From Octopus sinensis (taxonomy: Eukaryota): a DNA stretch of 64,000 nucleotides. The notes beneath the pieces are model-generated. The model had not been told where the DNA came from and searched no databases. It worked only from the letters and a program-made list of their open reading frames with translations. The stretch covers positions 14,012,001 to 14,076,000 of the forward strand of contig NC_043002.1 in the NCBI RefSeq assembly GCF_006345805.1, given 5' to 3'. Both the position numbers and the translations under genes were made by a program. How positions within the stretch are numbered: position 1 is the first letter of the stretch; every line of letters begins with the position of its first letter. Shown in pieces: positions 28,888 to 43,307 of the stretch.

Positions 28888-29414
28888 AAGTTTGTTTTAA
28901 ACCTTGGGATTACATAGAGAGTATTTTGCGTAGGATATGAGCAGTTCCCATGAGCACTATCTTTTGAATTTCTGCCATTTTGGGGTTTCCTGGTATCTGA
29001 GTTAGGTAGCAATCAGTCCCTTTCGCTATCATCCCCAGGGCACCTATGACAACAGGTATTGTTTTAGTCATCAGGTTCAACGTTTTGCTGATTTCTATTT
29101 CAAGATCTTTATATTTGCTCAGTTTTTGGTAGGTCTTGACAGATACGTTTATATCGATTGCGACAGTCATATCAATGAGGAGGCATGTTCTTTGTCTGAA
29201 TTCTTTCAATATAATGTCTGGCCTATTTGCATCTATCTTCCTGTCAGTTTGAATGGTGAAGTTCCAGAGGAGTGAGATGTGGTCATTTTCAAACACAGGA
29301 GGTGGATTGTGTTCCCACCAGTTTTTTTCATGGGGCAAATCCAGGTTTTTGCAAATTACCCAGTGAATATATTGTGCAGCTCCATCATGCCTACTGAGAT
29401 ACTCTGTAGGCATG

Positions 29415-29416
<2 letters not shown>
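28692..29416 (-). mobile_element. RLE non-LTR 3' fragment with open ORF end
   Basis: EYLSRHD..YIHW..C, ANRPDII, LIDMTV..KLSKYKDLEIE, QKIVLMGTAHILRKILSM; (TTA)n flanks. Confidence 0.9.
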
Positions 29417-29476
<60 letters not shown>

Positions 29477-29569
29477 CATATTATTATATTATTATTACTA
29501 CTATATTATTATTATTATATATTATTATTATTATTATCATTAATATTATTATTATTATTATTATTACTT

Positions 29570-30518
29570 TTTTTTTCTTCTTTCAAATTTTCTTCCATTT
29601 CTTGCCGAGTGTCTTCCCGACTCCTAGGGCAAAGAAACTCATAGTGTATATTGGTAGGCCATTAAACCAAACTCAGTAGTTCGTTCATTTTTTTTTTTTT
29701 TAAAGTTAAATTAAAATACATGAGCAGCAACAGTTCGACAATGCTCTTCTCAATACGTGTGATGTACCAGTTAAGACAATCTTTTGCACTTCTTGCAGGG
29801 ATGGTAAGCCAGGGATCATTCTCATATAATTTTCGGTTCCCTTCTTGATCATTCCTAGTGCTCCTACGATCACTGGTATTGTAACCGCCTTGAGATGCCA
29901 CATTTTCTCAATTTCAATGAGTAGGTCTTTATATTTTCTGAGCTTGTCAAACTCTTTCGCTGAGATATTATGATCACAGGGGATGCTCATGTCGATCAAT
30001 AAGCAAACTTTATTGTTTTGGTCTTTCACAACAATATCTGGTTTATTGGCCTTGATGGTTCGGTCTGTATGTGCTGGAAAGTCCCACAGAATGGTTACAT
30101 TTTCTCCTTCAGTTACAGCCTCAGGGTGGTGATTATACCACTTGTCGGCAGTTTTGATATTGTAATGCCGACTTATTAGCCAGTGGAGATATTGGCCAAC
30201 TCTGTCATGTCTTAATTTATACTCCACTGGTGCTAAGACTTTACATCCAGAGATTAGGTGGTCCACTGTTTCAATCATGTCGTTGCAGAATCGGCATTTT
30301 GGGTCTGCTCCATTTTTCATCACATTGGCCTGGTAGTTCCGGGTTAATAGGCTTTGGTCTTGAGCAGCCAGGATGAAACTTTCGCTCTCTGCTTTTAGCC
30401 CTGAGCTCCGCAGCCACTGATGGGTTTGCTTCTGGTCAACATCAGCTTGTTTGCTGCGGGTCACATATTTGCCGTGCAGAGGTTTCTCCTCCCACCTATC
30501 AGCCAATTGCTCGTGCGC
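29570..30518 (-). mobile_element. RLE non-LTR 3' fragment with open ORF (29706-30506)
   Basis: KPLHGKY, WLRSSGLKAESES.ILAAQDQ, CRFC..ETVDHLISGC, RHD, NKPDI..IDMSIP..KLRKY. Confidence 0.92.
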
Positions 30519-30567
<49 letters not shown>

Positions 30568-30591
30568 CATTATTATTATTATTATTACTAC

Positions 30592-30627
<36 letters not shown>

Positions 30628-30635
30628 TATTATTA

Positions 30636-30705
<70 letters not shown>

Positions 30706-30729
30706 CATTGCTGTTGTTGTTATTGTTGA

Positions 30730-31415
30730 TTGCCTTTGCACAGTTTCTTACACTGGAGATGTACTACGGTGTCAGGTGTTGACTACCATTGAACTAAGGT
30801 AACACCTTTTATTTTTCGAGCACCTTTCGGAATATTCGAGCGGTTCCAAGCAGTGCTGTTTTCTGCAAATGCTCAACCCTTATTGCAGCCCCCCATTTGT
30901 TCCATGTAGAACTCACTTTTTTCATCGACCACAACTGCTTAACCTCCCAAGCTAAACTGTCATATCTCTCGACTTTTCTCTTCCATATTGCATACCTTGT
31001 TGTCAGCTGGACAGCATAGTTTGCTCTCTTTGTCACATAACACTATGTCTGGCTTCCTATCCTCTATCTCATGGATGCACCGAATAATAAAATTATACAG
31101 GATCTTTGCATTATCATTTTCGATTATGCCTTCGGGTTTGTGGTCGTACCAATGTTTTACTCTGTCAATTCTTTACTTGTTGCAAAGTGTCCAGTAGACA
31201 AGCCTGGCTATATTGTCGTGGCATCTTCTATATTCCTTGTAGGCTAGTGACGTACATTGGCTGGCAATATGCTATACGGTTTCACCATTTTGTTAACAAA
31301 TTCTGCATTTATCCCTTTCTGATGTCTTGTCTATTCTGTATTTTATGTAGTTTGTTCTTAGTACTTTTTCTTGGGCAGCACAGATTAGAGCCCCCGTTTC
31401 CAGTTTTAAATCACA
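30730..31415 (-). mobile_element. RLE non-LTR 3' fragment, decayed
   Basis: ETGALICAAQE, RCHDNIARL, RKPDIV, LQKTALLGTARIFRKVLEK; same 3' UTR as the 24796 copy. Confidence 0.85.
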
Positions 31416-31438
31416 TTATTATTATTATTATTATTATT

Positions 31439-31995
31439 GAGTGAGCGAGCAGAGCATGCCATCAAAGTGACACTGGGGTAAAATATACGAAGCCCAGTAT
31501 ATCCATCATGACTACCCGTCTGATAAAGGTACACCAGGCACATGCATCACAACCATATGTGCGCGACATGGTGATCTCATATCAAGATAAACAGCACATG
31601 ACCTTGCAGGTGGAGCCCAGTTAGAATTTTCTTCAGATCGAGTAACCCATCCCGCTCAAAAGGTCCCTGAATAAGGGTTGTTTAAGGACGTTGAACGAAA
31701 CAACCCATGTTTCCAGGGGTGAATTATTCAAACCCCAAAGAATCCTGCTCAACACATGGCTATGATGCTCCCCCACTACTTCTGCTCGTGATCAGAGATG
31801 CACATATCGTCAGCCACTAAGGGACATGCTCAACTTGTTAAGGTCAAACAACTGACAAGCAAATCTGTGGTATTGAGCAGAATATTTGCTGTAGCCCATC
31901 TTTTATACCAAGACAAAACAATGTACATGATAACACTTCCAATCAGTTAAGATCAGAAGCCATGTGAGCCACTGCCTGGTACTGCATCAGGGCAT
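31439..31995. mobile_element. Non-coding ~555-bp insertion within a (TTA)n tract
   Basis: Complex sequence bounded sharply by (TTA)n on both sides; no ORF. Confidence 0.45.
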
Positions 31996-32023
31996 TTTAT
32001 TATTATTATTATTATTATTATTA

Positions 32024-32117
<94 letters not shown>

Positions 32118-32368
32118 GTTATTATTACTATTATTATTATCATTATCAGCAGCAGCATAGTTGTCCTTCTTCTTCTTCTTCTTCTTCTTCTTCTTCTTCT
32201 TCTTCTTCTTCTTCTCTTCTTCTTCTTCTTCTTCTTATTATTATTATTATTATTATTAAGACTGCGTGTTGGCATATGCAACTATGTATATGTGTGTATC
32301 ATGTATGTATGTATGTACGTGTACATTCGCATATATGCGTATGTCTATGTTTGTATGTATGCTTGTGC

Positions 32369-32404
<36 letters not shown>

Positions 32405-32773
32405 ATAATTAACAACAAAATGGGAGTAAACAAAAATACGCCACAAACGAAATGAAAATGAAACAAATGAAGTACACACACATACACACACACATACACA
32501 CGCACGCACACACCACATATATCCAACGATAAAGTAGGCATAAGCAAAGAAACACGTGACAAAAGAAATTAAAATGAGACAAATTAAATGTTTTCGATGC
32601 GTGCATACTCTGAGACATTTATTACGTTCTATTCATAAACTATCACCACATGACAATTTAAAACAGTTTAATTTATTTAGTTCCCTGCTTATAATTGGCG
32701 TTAAACAGAATATTGCACCAGGCAGTACAAGTTATATGAGATAACATCTCGTGAATTGGAAGACGTGTAAAAT

Positions 32774-33154
32774 GGAAGCACTCCGTCGGTTACGACGACG
32801 AGTGATCCGGTTGATCCGAATCAACGGAACAGCTGCCCGTGAAATTAACGTGTAAGTGGCTAAGTACTCCACAGACACGTGTACCCTTAACGTAATTCTC
32901 GGGGATATTCAGCGTGACACAGAGAGTGACAAGGCCGGCCCTTTGAAATACAGGTACAACAAAAACAGGAAGTAAGAGTGAGAGAAAGTTGTGGTGAAAG
33001 AGTACAGCAGGGATCACCACAATCCCCTGCCGGAGCCTCGTGGAGCTTTAGGTGTTTTCGCTCAATAAACACTCACAACGCCCGGTCTGGGAATCGAAAC
33101 CGCGATCCTATAACCGCGAGTCCGCTGTCCTAACCACTGGGCCATTGCGCCTCC
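32774..33154 (-). mobile_element. Full-length tRNA-derived SINE with 11-bp TSD
   Basis: Head ggaggcgcaatggcccagtggttagg, B box gtttcgattccc; TSD acgtgtaaaat at 32763-32773 and 33155-33165. Confidence 0.9.
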
Positions 33155-33211
33155 ACGTGTAAAATATCGAAAATATGAACATAAGATGCGAAGGCATTAT
33201 AACAATTTGTT

Positions 33212-33370
33212 AGAGTGGCTGCGTGGTAAGTAGCTTGCTAACCAACCACATGGTTCTGGGTTCAGTCCCACTGCGTGGCAGCTTGGGCAAGTGTCTTCTG
33301 CTATAGCCTCGGGCCGACCAAAGCCTTGTGAGTGGATTTGGTAGATGGAAACTGAAAGAAGCCTGTCGTA

Positions 33371-33414
<44 letters not shown>

Positions 33415-33641
33415 GTATGTGTGTGTGTTTGTGTGTCTGTGTTTGATCCTCTAGCATTGCTTGACAACCGATGCTGGTGTGTTTACGTCCCCGTCACCTA
33501 GCGGTTCGGCAAAAGAGACCGATAGAATAAGTACTGGGCTTACAAAAGAATAAGTCCCGGTGTCGATTTGCTCGACTAAAAGGTGGTGCTTCAGCATGGC
33601 CGCAGTCAAATGACGGAAACAAGTAAAAGAGTAAAAGAGTA
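33212..33641 (+). mobile_element. tRNA-derived SINE (family of 19040-19529)
   Basis: gagtggctgcgtggtaagtagc...ttgggcaagtgtctt...aagtaaaagagtaaaagag. Confidence 0.88.
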
Positions 33642-34096
33642 TATGAATTAACTCACTCTCACAAAACAACAACAACAACAACAACGGTAACAGATGCAGC
33701 AGCGGCAACAACAACAACAAAGACAAAAACTTCAAGAAGCTCCTGTTATGACGTCTGTACGTGTTTGGAGTTGTGTGTTTTGTAATAACATGCTTAAAGA
33801 TGGTACGTTTATACATTTTGATTGTTTTTTCACAATAGTCGCACATGTAATCATCTGTATTAATAACTGAGATATACCATCGAATTCCCTGAGCGAGAAA
33901 GTCTAGTTAGATGAAGTTGTGATGAAGGCCTTGGGGGAAAAGTATAATTGTGGCGTCTTAAAACATGTTATTAATATGTACAATTTCGAATATTCAAGAA
34001 ATATTAGTTTTTCTCATCTATTAGAAACAAGGTTTTTGTAAGAATATGTGCGTAAGATCAACCAGTTCTAAAATTAAGCACTTCTTCATTTCGTTT

Positions 34097-34144
<48 letters not shown>

Positions 34145-34224
34145 ACTTTCTCTGACACACACACTTATATTCGCACGCACTCACATATAGGCACACGCGT
34201 ACACATACATACTCACACACTCAC

Positions 34225-34256
<32 letters not shown>

Positions 34257-34841
34257 TTTTTCTCACAATTCAAGTGTAATTCCCGAGTTAAAACAATTCT
34301 ACACGTAAATGAATAACTATTGTTGCTGTTTTAGCATGCCGGATGAAATGCCGCTTCGCACTTCGTCCGTCTTCAATGGATTCCAGAAGGAATAGTGTGT
34401 TGAATGAATCGCTGGATAGCAGCAATTCAGATTTAAATAATATATGTTATAATGATATGAGATAGATTAAAGAAGGATTTGTAGTGGATGAGATCTAGAA
34501 GTTGAAGTGTTTGCAATATGTTTTTTGTGAGAGATAGGCTACAAAGAGAGAAGGTGGTTGGATACGTAGCGTGATAGGACAAAGCAATCGACAGCCGTCT
34601 TAGATGGCGAACGAATAAAAAAAGCTTAGTTTCTTAAGTTATAAGTGGAAGAAACACTTGAGATTGAACCTCAAAGACCAACGGTTAGTTGAAAGAAAAT
34701 AAGATTAAAGTAATGTGGAGACGAGTAAAACTTCTATCAAATACCTACTTGCAACCTAGTATGTTGAGTGTCATATGTTACATTTTTGATTTCACTCATT
34801 CGTCTCTCATTCCCTCTCCGCTCTCTCTTTAAATATATATA

Positions 34842-35053
34842 CAGTTGCGGCCAAAATGTTCAGAACAGCATTGTTTTCGTCAGAAAAGTAAGTATAAGTT
34901 TTTATCAAAGTTGTTTTAAATTCTATAATTTTCACAGACTAAAAATACAATATTAATTGTTATTGCCTGAGATTTTGGTGTAATTTGAGAGGATAATACA
35001 AAGGTTATGGATGATTTAGTGATTTACTGCAAAACCCATTTTGTCCGCCACTG
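34842..35053. mobile_element. Tc1-type MITE
   Basis: TIRs CAGTTGCGGCCAAAATG / CATTTTGTCCGCCACTG (2 mismatches); TA on both sides. Confidence 0.75.
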
Positions 35054-35202
35054 TATATATAAAGAGAGAGAGAGGGAAAGGAGAGACAGTGATGCGAAAT
35101 GGAGAAGTATTTTCTTTCCTTCTCTAAGTGCCTTATGTATGCAATTTCTATGTATCACGTCCTTGCGTTGTTGTTTTTTCTCTTTTTCTTCTCCACTTTG
35201 TA

Positions 35203-35288
<86 letters not shown>

Positions 35289-35704
35289 CGGAAAAGTAAA
35301 AAAATCACGCTAGGTATAAACGTCATACCGGTTTCGTAATCGCTGACGAAACCGGTATGACATTCTATATTAATTCCCAATAATGATTTTCATCTTTCTT
35401 AATTCGACCAATAATCATTTATTTGTATGTAAACATCTTTGTTTTCGTATATACAAAAGAAGCCAATGCTTTTATAGCTCGTGCCAATTTTCTTTGTTCC
35501 TTTTTACTTTTCTCCTATTTATACCACGTGTAGTCTTTTTTCTTGGAAACCTGTTTCTAATGTGTGTATATATATATATATGTATATATGGTAAAAAAAT
35601 GCACGCTAAGTATAAACGTCATACCGGTTTCCTCAGGGATTATATATACATATATATATATAGATTATTAAATACGACATGAACTGAAACCCCATACTTT
35701 GCTT

Positions 35705-35792
<88 letters not shown>

Positions 35793-35835
35793 CATTAACA
35801 TATAGATGAACATGCGGGAAACATATATATGTACG

Positions 35836-35899
<64 letters not shown>

Positions 35900-36635
35900 A
35901 TGTGTATACATACATGCATAAACTCACTCTCACGCACACACATATATATCAGTGTATGTTTTAATATATAATGCTCCCCTGAGGTTACAACCTAAGTAGA
36001 ATCTGAATAAAAAATATGGCATAAGTATTGATATCAGGATATCATAACTGTGATAGCTGTTCAGTAAAACACAATAGAAACAGATGCACCAAGATTTTGT
36101 TACGAATACACTGACCGCGAAAGTGTTGCAAGAGCGATGCACTTCATAATAAAGTAAGTCTAGAACTTTTGCTCCTCAAAGTATTCTTTGATATTTACAA
36201 TTCAGCATATTCTTTACAATCACACAGAAATCTAAAGCTCGAAATAAATCCTATACTTAGTAGAGTCTTTAACAAAGAAAGTTTTTGACAATATTTCTTT
36301 GACTGCAAGAAGGGGAAATAAACAAATAAAAGCAATGATGCCGAATAATAAAATGTTTCTATGGAGCTGATATTCTCTTGGTCAAAAATACTTTGGCAAA
36401 CTTGCTATATTATCATTTTGCCGAGGTTAACTCTACTGACATTTACATATACGTACGTACATCTAGAGTTTTTCTTCTTTTTATATCTGTGCAATTTCCC
36501 ATAAGTTGATTGAAAATATATTCGAAAATAAATTCCTTTGTCTGATTCTTTGCATGAGATATTACGTATAATAATCTTAACATACTCACATACACATTTT
36601 TTCTATAGCATTTGTGTCGGTATATGCCTCCCCCT

Positions 36636-36715
<80 letters not shown>

Positions 36716-37070
36716 GCATATACGGGGTGGTGTCATTTGAAGTCAAAAACAATGCGAAGCGCATTGTGACCAGCGATGTGTAGAAACATCTGATAGCCTG
36801 GTCGGTCACGGTGATCACGGTGATATATATATATATACGTACATATATATGTATATATATACATTCATATATATGCATGTATATATATATAAATATATAT
36901 GTACGTATATATATATATATAATATATATATGCATACATATATATATACATACATATATGCATATATATATATATGTACATATATGTATGTATATATATT
37001 ATATATATATAATATATATATATATTATATATATATATATATATTATACGTATATATATATTATACGAAT

Positions 37071-37112
<42 letters not shown>

Positions 37113-38249
37113 GTATATACATATATATATCGAAATAAGCAACAGTATATCAAGAAGCGATGCAGTACGACCGCTTGAAGCGCCTCCATTTAATTTAACA
37201 ATGCAGTCTTTATTTCGCTCATTTGCCAGTTAATTATGTTAAAACTGTAAGCTACGATTGGTACCGCAAGAGTGTTAATGGCTTCTATTTTGTTTGCAGC
37301 GTTTTGTATTTTGTGCCATTTGTTTTTGGTATTAGGTATGTCCTGGGTTTATTTTCTGTTTTTTTTTCATGACTTCGTTGTCTGCTGATGACATACCTCC
37401 ATGTATATCAAGTAGCTGATTTGTTAGACGGAAACTGAAAGAATTGCTGGCCTTTTTCAGGGCCAGGGTGACCATCTCCTTTTGAAAGAAGCCAGTTGTA
37501 TATATGTATATATATACATATGTGTGTGTGTGTGTCTGTGTTTGAGTGTGTGTGTTTGTCCCCATCTAACATCACTTGACATGCGATGCTGGTGTGTTTA
37601 CATCTCCGTAACTTAGAGGTTCGGCAAAAAGACTGACAGAGTAAGTACTAGGCTTCCAAAGAATAAGTTCTGGGGTCGATTTGGTTGTGCTGAAACAAGT
37701 AAAGGAATAAAAGAATATATATATGTATAGGAATGAGAGGTTTTTTAAAGATGTTTGACTTGACCGGATTCATTTTTAAAAACAAAGAGATTATCAAATG
37801 TAAAATGTAAAGCTTTATGTAAGCTTTGTTGTGTTGAAAAATGGTTATCATAATAGTATTAAAACAGTCTAGACTTTGAAAATGATAAGCAAATGTTAAA
37901 AAATAGAATCTATGGGAGTGAATGCTAAGAAAATATTAAGGGGAACTTTTTTTTTAAACAGTTTACATGAAAGTGTTCAAAATAGGTAGTAAAATAAATA
38001 ATGGTTGTATAGAAGCATATATACAGAAGGAATTATATTTAAGTATTTATACAGAATTTCAGGGGAATGACCAACCTTTCCAACCATCGTCTTCTGTCTT
38101 GTAGTGTGTATATGAAAGACGTTTGCTATTTTAAAACACAGATTGGTTGGTTGGGGAGAGCATTGCGGAATCAAAAGGATTTTTTTCCTTTGGGGCTAGT
38201 CTGTCATGGGTCAGTGATTTTTTTGCGACTGGTCTTAGAGTTCAAATTG

Positions 38250-38282
38250 GTGTGAGTGTGTCTCTGCGCACGTTTCTATGTG

Positions 38283-38324
<42 letters not shown>

Positions 38325-39093
38325 TATATGCTTGTGTTTATGTGTAGGTTTTGGTGTTAGTTTTCAGTGTGGAGAGTGTATGGGTCAGTGTATGTGTGTG
38401 TTTTATATTTAGCAGGATGGTGCGTGAATATGTGTGCACTTTTGTGTGTGTGTATATGTGTGTGATTTGTATTTTTTCAGGATGCTGTGTGTGTGCATGT
38501 GTGTGTCTGTATGTGCGTGTGTATGTTTGTGTGTGTGTGCTATATTTGTTGTGGTGAAGCGTATGTGTGTGTGTGTGTACGTGTGAGGGTAAGTGTGTAT
38601 GTTATTATGTGTGGTGAATGCATATGTTTGGGTGTATTATTGTTTGTTTTGTTTGTATTGTTTGTGCAGTGTGCGTGTATACATGTAGGTGTGTTTGTGT
38701 GTGTGTCTATGTGTCTTCTATTTGTCAGGGTGTTGTGTGTTATTCTTTGTGTGTGTGCATGCTTCTGTATATGTATGTATGTGCGTATGTGTGTGTCTGT
38801 GAGTGTTTGTTGTGATTGTTGGGATTGTATTGCGTGTATATAGGCGTTTTTCTGTGTGTGTGTATGTGCGTGAGTGTGATATTTTACTAGGGAACGGGTA
38901 TATTGTGTTTGTGTGTTTCCATATGTATGTATATATGCGTGTGGGGGGTTGTGTTGAATTTCCGTGTTTGCGTATGTATCTGTGTATGTGTGGGTGCGTT
39001 TGTGTGAGTGTGTCTTGTATTTGCCAGGGTGGTGTGTGTAGGTGTCTGCATGTACGTGTTTATATATATGCGTATGTGTGTGTATCTGTTTGT
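38250..39093. repeat. Long degenerate (TG)n/(TA)n low-complexity tract
   Basis: Direct inspection. Confidence 0.9.
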
Positions 39094-39326
39094 TATTTCT
39101 TTATTGCCCACAAGGGGCTAAACATAGAGGGGACAAACAAGGACAGACAGACAGATTAAGTCGATAATATCGACCCCAGTGCGTAACTGTTACTTAATTT
39201 ATCAACTCCGAAAGGATGAAAGGTAAAGTCGACCTCGGCGGAATTTGAACTCAGAACGTAACGGCAGACGAAATACCGCTAAGAACTTCGCCCGGCGTGC
39301 TAACGTTTCTGCCCGCTCGCCGCCCT
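39094..39326 (-). mobile_element. SINE monomer (184-bp-unit family)
   Basis: Head plus one unit; probable 20-bp TSD atgtgtgtgtat(c/g)tgtttgt, but in low-complexity sequence. Confidence 0.85.
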
Positions 39327-39956
39327 AATGTGTGTGTATGTGTTTGTGTGTACATGTTCACGCACGTACGCACACACACACACACATATCATTTTTGACT
39401 CTTTTGCACTTTGAAAGTCCAATACTATATTTTACAGTTTACTATAACTTAGAAATTGCAAACGAAAGCTACATATTACACTTTGAATTAGTATAGATTT
39501 CAGTGAAAATGTTTGACAATATTTTATTGAATTCAAGAGGGAAAAAGAAACAAAGACAATTATCTCAATGAAAAAAAAAAGTCTTTCTATTCAGCAAGTA
39601 TTCAATATCCTGGTCCCAAATGCTTTTCTGAAACTATATCAACATTTTGCCGAGGTTAGCTCTCGTGACATTTCTATCTACATGGATATACCTAGAGGTT
39701 TTCTTTGTTGTATCTGCGCAATTTCCTATGAGTTAATTGAAAATATAAAGGAAAAATAAATGCATTCAACGTTCTGGATTCTAATTTATCTATTGCAAAG
39801 GAAAATTTGCGAATAATTATCTGGATGCCCTCGCATTCTTTTCCTCTTTACCACTCCGTTTTTATTTTAAGGTATATACATATATACACACATACACTCA
39901 TACATGCATGCATACATACATACATACATACATACATACATACATACATACATACA

Positions 39957-39989
<33 letters not shown>

Positions 39990-40008
39990 TCATATATACA
40001 TACATACA

Positions 40009-40080
<72 letters not shown>

Positions 40081-40919
40081 TATATATATGTATATATATA
40101 TTTATGTAGAAGGTTGAAAATGAACACACGAGTTGATATATATAGAAAAAAGTCACGATAGAAAATGCTAAAATAATTAAAAAAAAAAAATTTAGTACCG
40201 GTTTCAGTCATTGAAACTTTTTCAATTGTAACAATTGAATAATTAAATTTAGAAAAATTAAAAGAAAAGTTTATTTTAAAGAATATTTCTATAGTGCTCA
40301 AATACAAGTGGCATTTTCCTTGTTTCTGCCGGTCTCTGTCTCTCTTGTTTACTCTTGTGGGTTCGATGTTGTTGTTCCGAAAATGACCCGCAGTGGATGG
40401 TAGCAGTCAATGCTGAATTCATGAATATATTTCTTTTGAATGATTTGTTTATAAAATTTGCGTAGGTGTTATTCTAAACAGCAATCGCGATAAAGTTAGG
40501 AAGGAGAAGGAAGGAGAGAAAGAAGAAGAAGAAGAAAGAGAAGAGAGAATAAGAAGGAATGCAGGTAGTGTTAAAGTAGTAGGGTGTTAAATGTTCAAAT
40601 GACTTAAAATTGGTCGTTATGGATTATAGCAGTGATTGGGACTGCTTTTTAATGAATTCTTGGGAATCTCTTGAGTGTATCATTTTTAATATTTGCGCGT
40701 GTGTTTGTGTTATTTTAAGACCGTGGTAGATATGTCGTTTGTCGTGGACGCATTGAAAAGGGGCTGTATTTTGTAATAAAGAGAGTCACTTTAATAATTC
40801 TTTGGCTCCAGGTTGTATCGTCCCTGAATTGGTAGACGGGAAAAATTCTGAAGCTTGGATTTTAGTTATTGGCGCAAATGTCTATGTGTTGGCTGAATGC
40901 TATTTTTCTGTTTGGGGGA

Positions 40920-41145
40920 ATTTAAAAATTATCAGTCTAACTCACAATGAACTAACAGCAAACCAAATCAATATACACTCCAAAGGACTCAAGTTTACAC
41001 CCACCCCACAACACCCCAACTACAATTAAATGAAAGACATCGCAGAATTCTGTAGAAAATTACGACTTGCTGAGGGGCTATACGACAAATACAACGAGGA
41101 CGAATCGTTGGTTCGAAATAGGAGTAACTACATCCCTCACAATGT
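40920..41145 (+). mobile_element. PLE ORF N-terminal fragment
   Basis: IISLTHNELT..Q..IHSKGLKFTPTP...KDIAEFCRKLRLAE resembles the L.KGL.F.PTP..D...F.R.LRL motif that precedes PLE RT. Confidence 0.7.
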
Positions 41146-41654
41146 AAGAACAAAACACTCGCTACTGTTGTTTATAGCCCCAGGAAGACATATCTTCCAG
41201 CTGGCTAACGACATACTCAGAGTGTCCGATTAGTATTTGCGAAGAGAAATCGTCGTTCCCATCTCTAGCCTTACGTGATACACACAGACCCAGGTTTCTG
41301 AGTAGTAACTCGTCATCAGTTTAGGTTAATCACGAGCTAGCGATGAGAACTCATTCCAAATGCAAAATACTATATGCTTTTTCCAGTGACAAACTGTCGC
41401 TCATCTCGAAAAAGGAGGAACAAGCAATAATAAATCCCTGAAGTAAACAGTAGCACCACCGCATCGCGAAATATACTTGCCACCTAAATGTGGCGAACCC
41501 ATAGGGAACGATGCCACTGTCAAAGGAGACTCTCTGTGGCTATAAACAACAGTAGCATCGATTCCCGTGAATCCGCCACATTTAGCTGGCAAATATACTT
41601 CACGGTATATGTATATATATATATATATATATGCGTGTGTATGCGTATGTGGTG

Positions 41655-41900
41655 GTGCGTGGGCTTAGTGGGTAGGGTGTCAGCATCATGATCAGAAGAT
41701 TGTTGTTTGGATTGTTGAACCGGGCGACCTGTTGTCTTCTTGAGCAAAACACTTCATTTCACGTTGCTCCAGTCTACTCAGCTGGCAAATATCAGTAACG
41801 CTGCGATGGACTGGCGTCCCGTCCAGCTGGGGAACACATACGCCATAGAAACCGGGGAACCGGGCCCATGAGCCTGGCTACGCTATAAAAGGGCGCATTA
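41655..41900 (+). mobile_element. tRNA-derived SINE, decayed
   Basis: gcgtgggcttagtgggtagg...ttgagcaaaacacttcatttcacgttgctccag...gggcccatgagcctggct. Confidence 0.7.
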
Positions 41901-41947
41901 TTTTTTATTTATTTAATATATATTATATATATAAATATATACATACA

Positions 41948-41985
<38 letters not shown>

Positions 41986-42889
41986 TATATATATATATAT
42001 TATATATATATATATATACACATGCTTACAGACACACATATGCACGCACGCACTTATATATTCGTGTGATTTTATGTGTATGTTTCCTTATGTATTTTTG
42101 CATGTCTAGTGACCTTATCAATGTAACGTGATGAATAAGGTGAGATTTGCGATATGCAGTTGGATAATATTTAAGATATGACGGAGGAAGATTGCGATGA
42201 ACCGGAAGTACGTGTACCATGTTAAAGCTATGAGATAATAACTTCATGAACTTGTAATTAGTTGAAGGATTCTTCCTTTGTTTATTTTCCCGTTTTTGTA
42301 TCCTCAACTTCAGCATTTAAGATGGACAAAAGAGCCGGATCCTTGCTGAACGGATTTGAATTTGAGCATTACAGATACCTGGAATTATGTCAAACTTGTT
42401 TTTATATTCAAAGCGGTTATAAATCTATTACATTATGAAAATTAAATTACTAGCTTTCTTGAAGACAACTGATTCTGTCGCTTCAATTAGTTTAGTGTCT
42501 ATGGGCGAAATAAAAACACAAAAGTAAGTGGTGGACGTGGTAGAAATAATAATCTAGAACAGGCAGCGTAATTTTCGTTAAAGAAATTATCAATTCTTGT
42601 TCAAGCTCTACGTTGGAAGGAAAGTGATAAAGGCGAGATAAGTAGTCTCCATATGTATATTATTGAAAAACTGGGAGAATTCACAAGCAGTGGTTAGTTT
42701 TAAATCGAATTTCCCCACGCATGTTCCTGCAGACTGGAGACGAACAGTTATGTGACGATATGTGACATTAACAGTTAAATTGCCATTGGCCTTTGGGGTT
42801 TCTTCAAATGCTGCAGTTGGAGTCTCTCCTTTATGGCAGGGACTGCATCAGTAGGACTGTATCGTCTATATATTCACAAATTGTAGACT

Positions 42890-43307
42890 ACTCTCTCTCT
42901 TTACTCTTTTACGCTTTTACTTGTTTCAGTCATTTGACTGCGGCCATGCTGGAGCACCACCTTTAGTCGACCAAATCGACCCCGGGACTTATCCTTTGTA
43001 AGCCCAGTACTTATTCTATCGGTGTCTTTTGCCGAACCACTAAGTGACGGGGACATAAACACACCAACATCGGTTGTCAAACAATGCTAGGGGGACAAAC
43101 AGAGACACAAACATACATACACATATATATATACATATATACGACGGGCTTCTTTCAGTTTCCGTCTACCAAATCCACTCACAATGCTTTAGTCGGCCCG
43201 AGGCTATAGTAGAAGAGACACCAACCCATGATGCCACGCAGTGGGGCTGAACCCGGAACCATGTGGTTGGTAAGCAAGCTACTTACCACACAGTCACTCC
43301 TGCGCCT
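42890..43307 (-). mobile_element. tRNA-derived SINE (family of 19040-19529)
   Basis: Minus aggcgcaggagtgactgtgtggtaag...gtaaaagag tail. Confidence 0.88.

Noticed and set aside
33085-33154. Bona fide tRNA genes (also 13205-13270, 13865-13938)
   Set aside because: tRNA-like heads continue into shared SINE bodies, and two of these copies have TSDs
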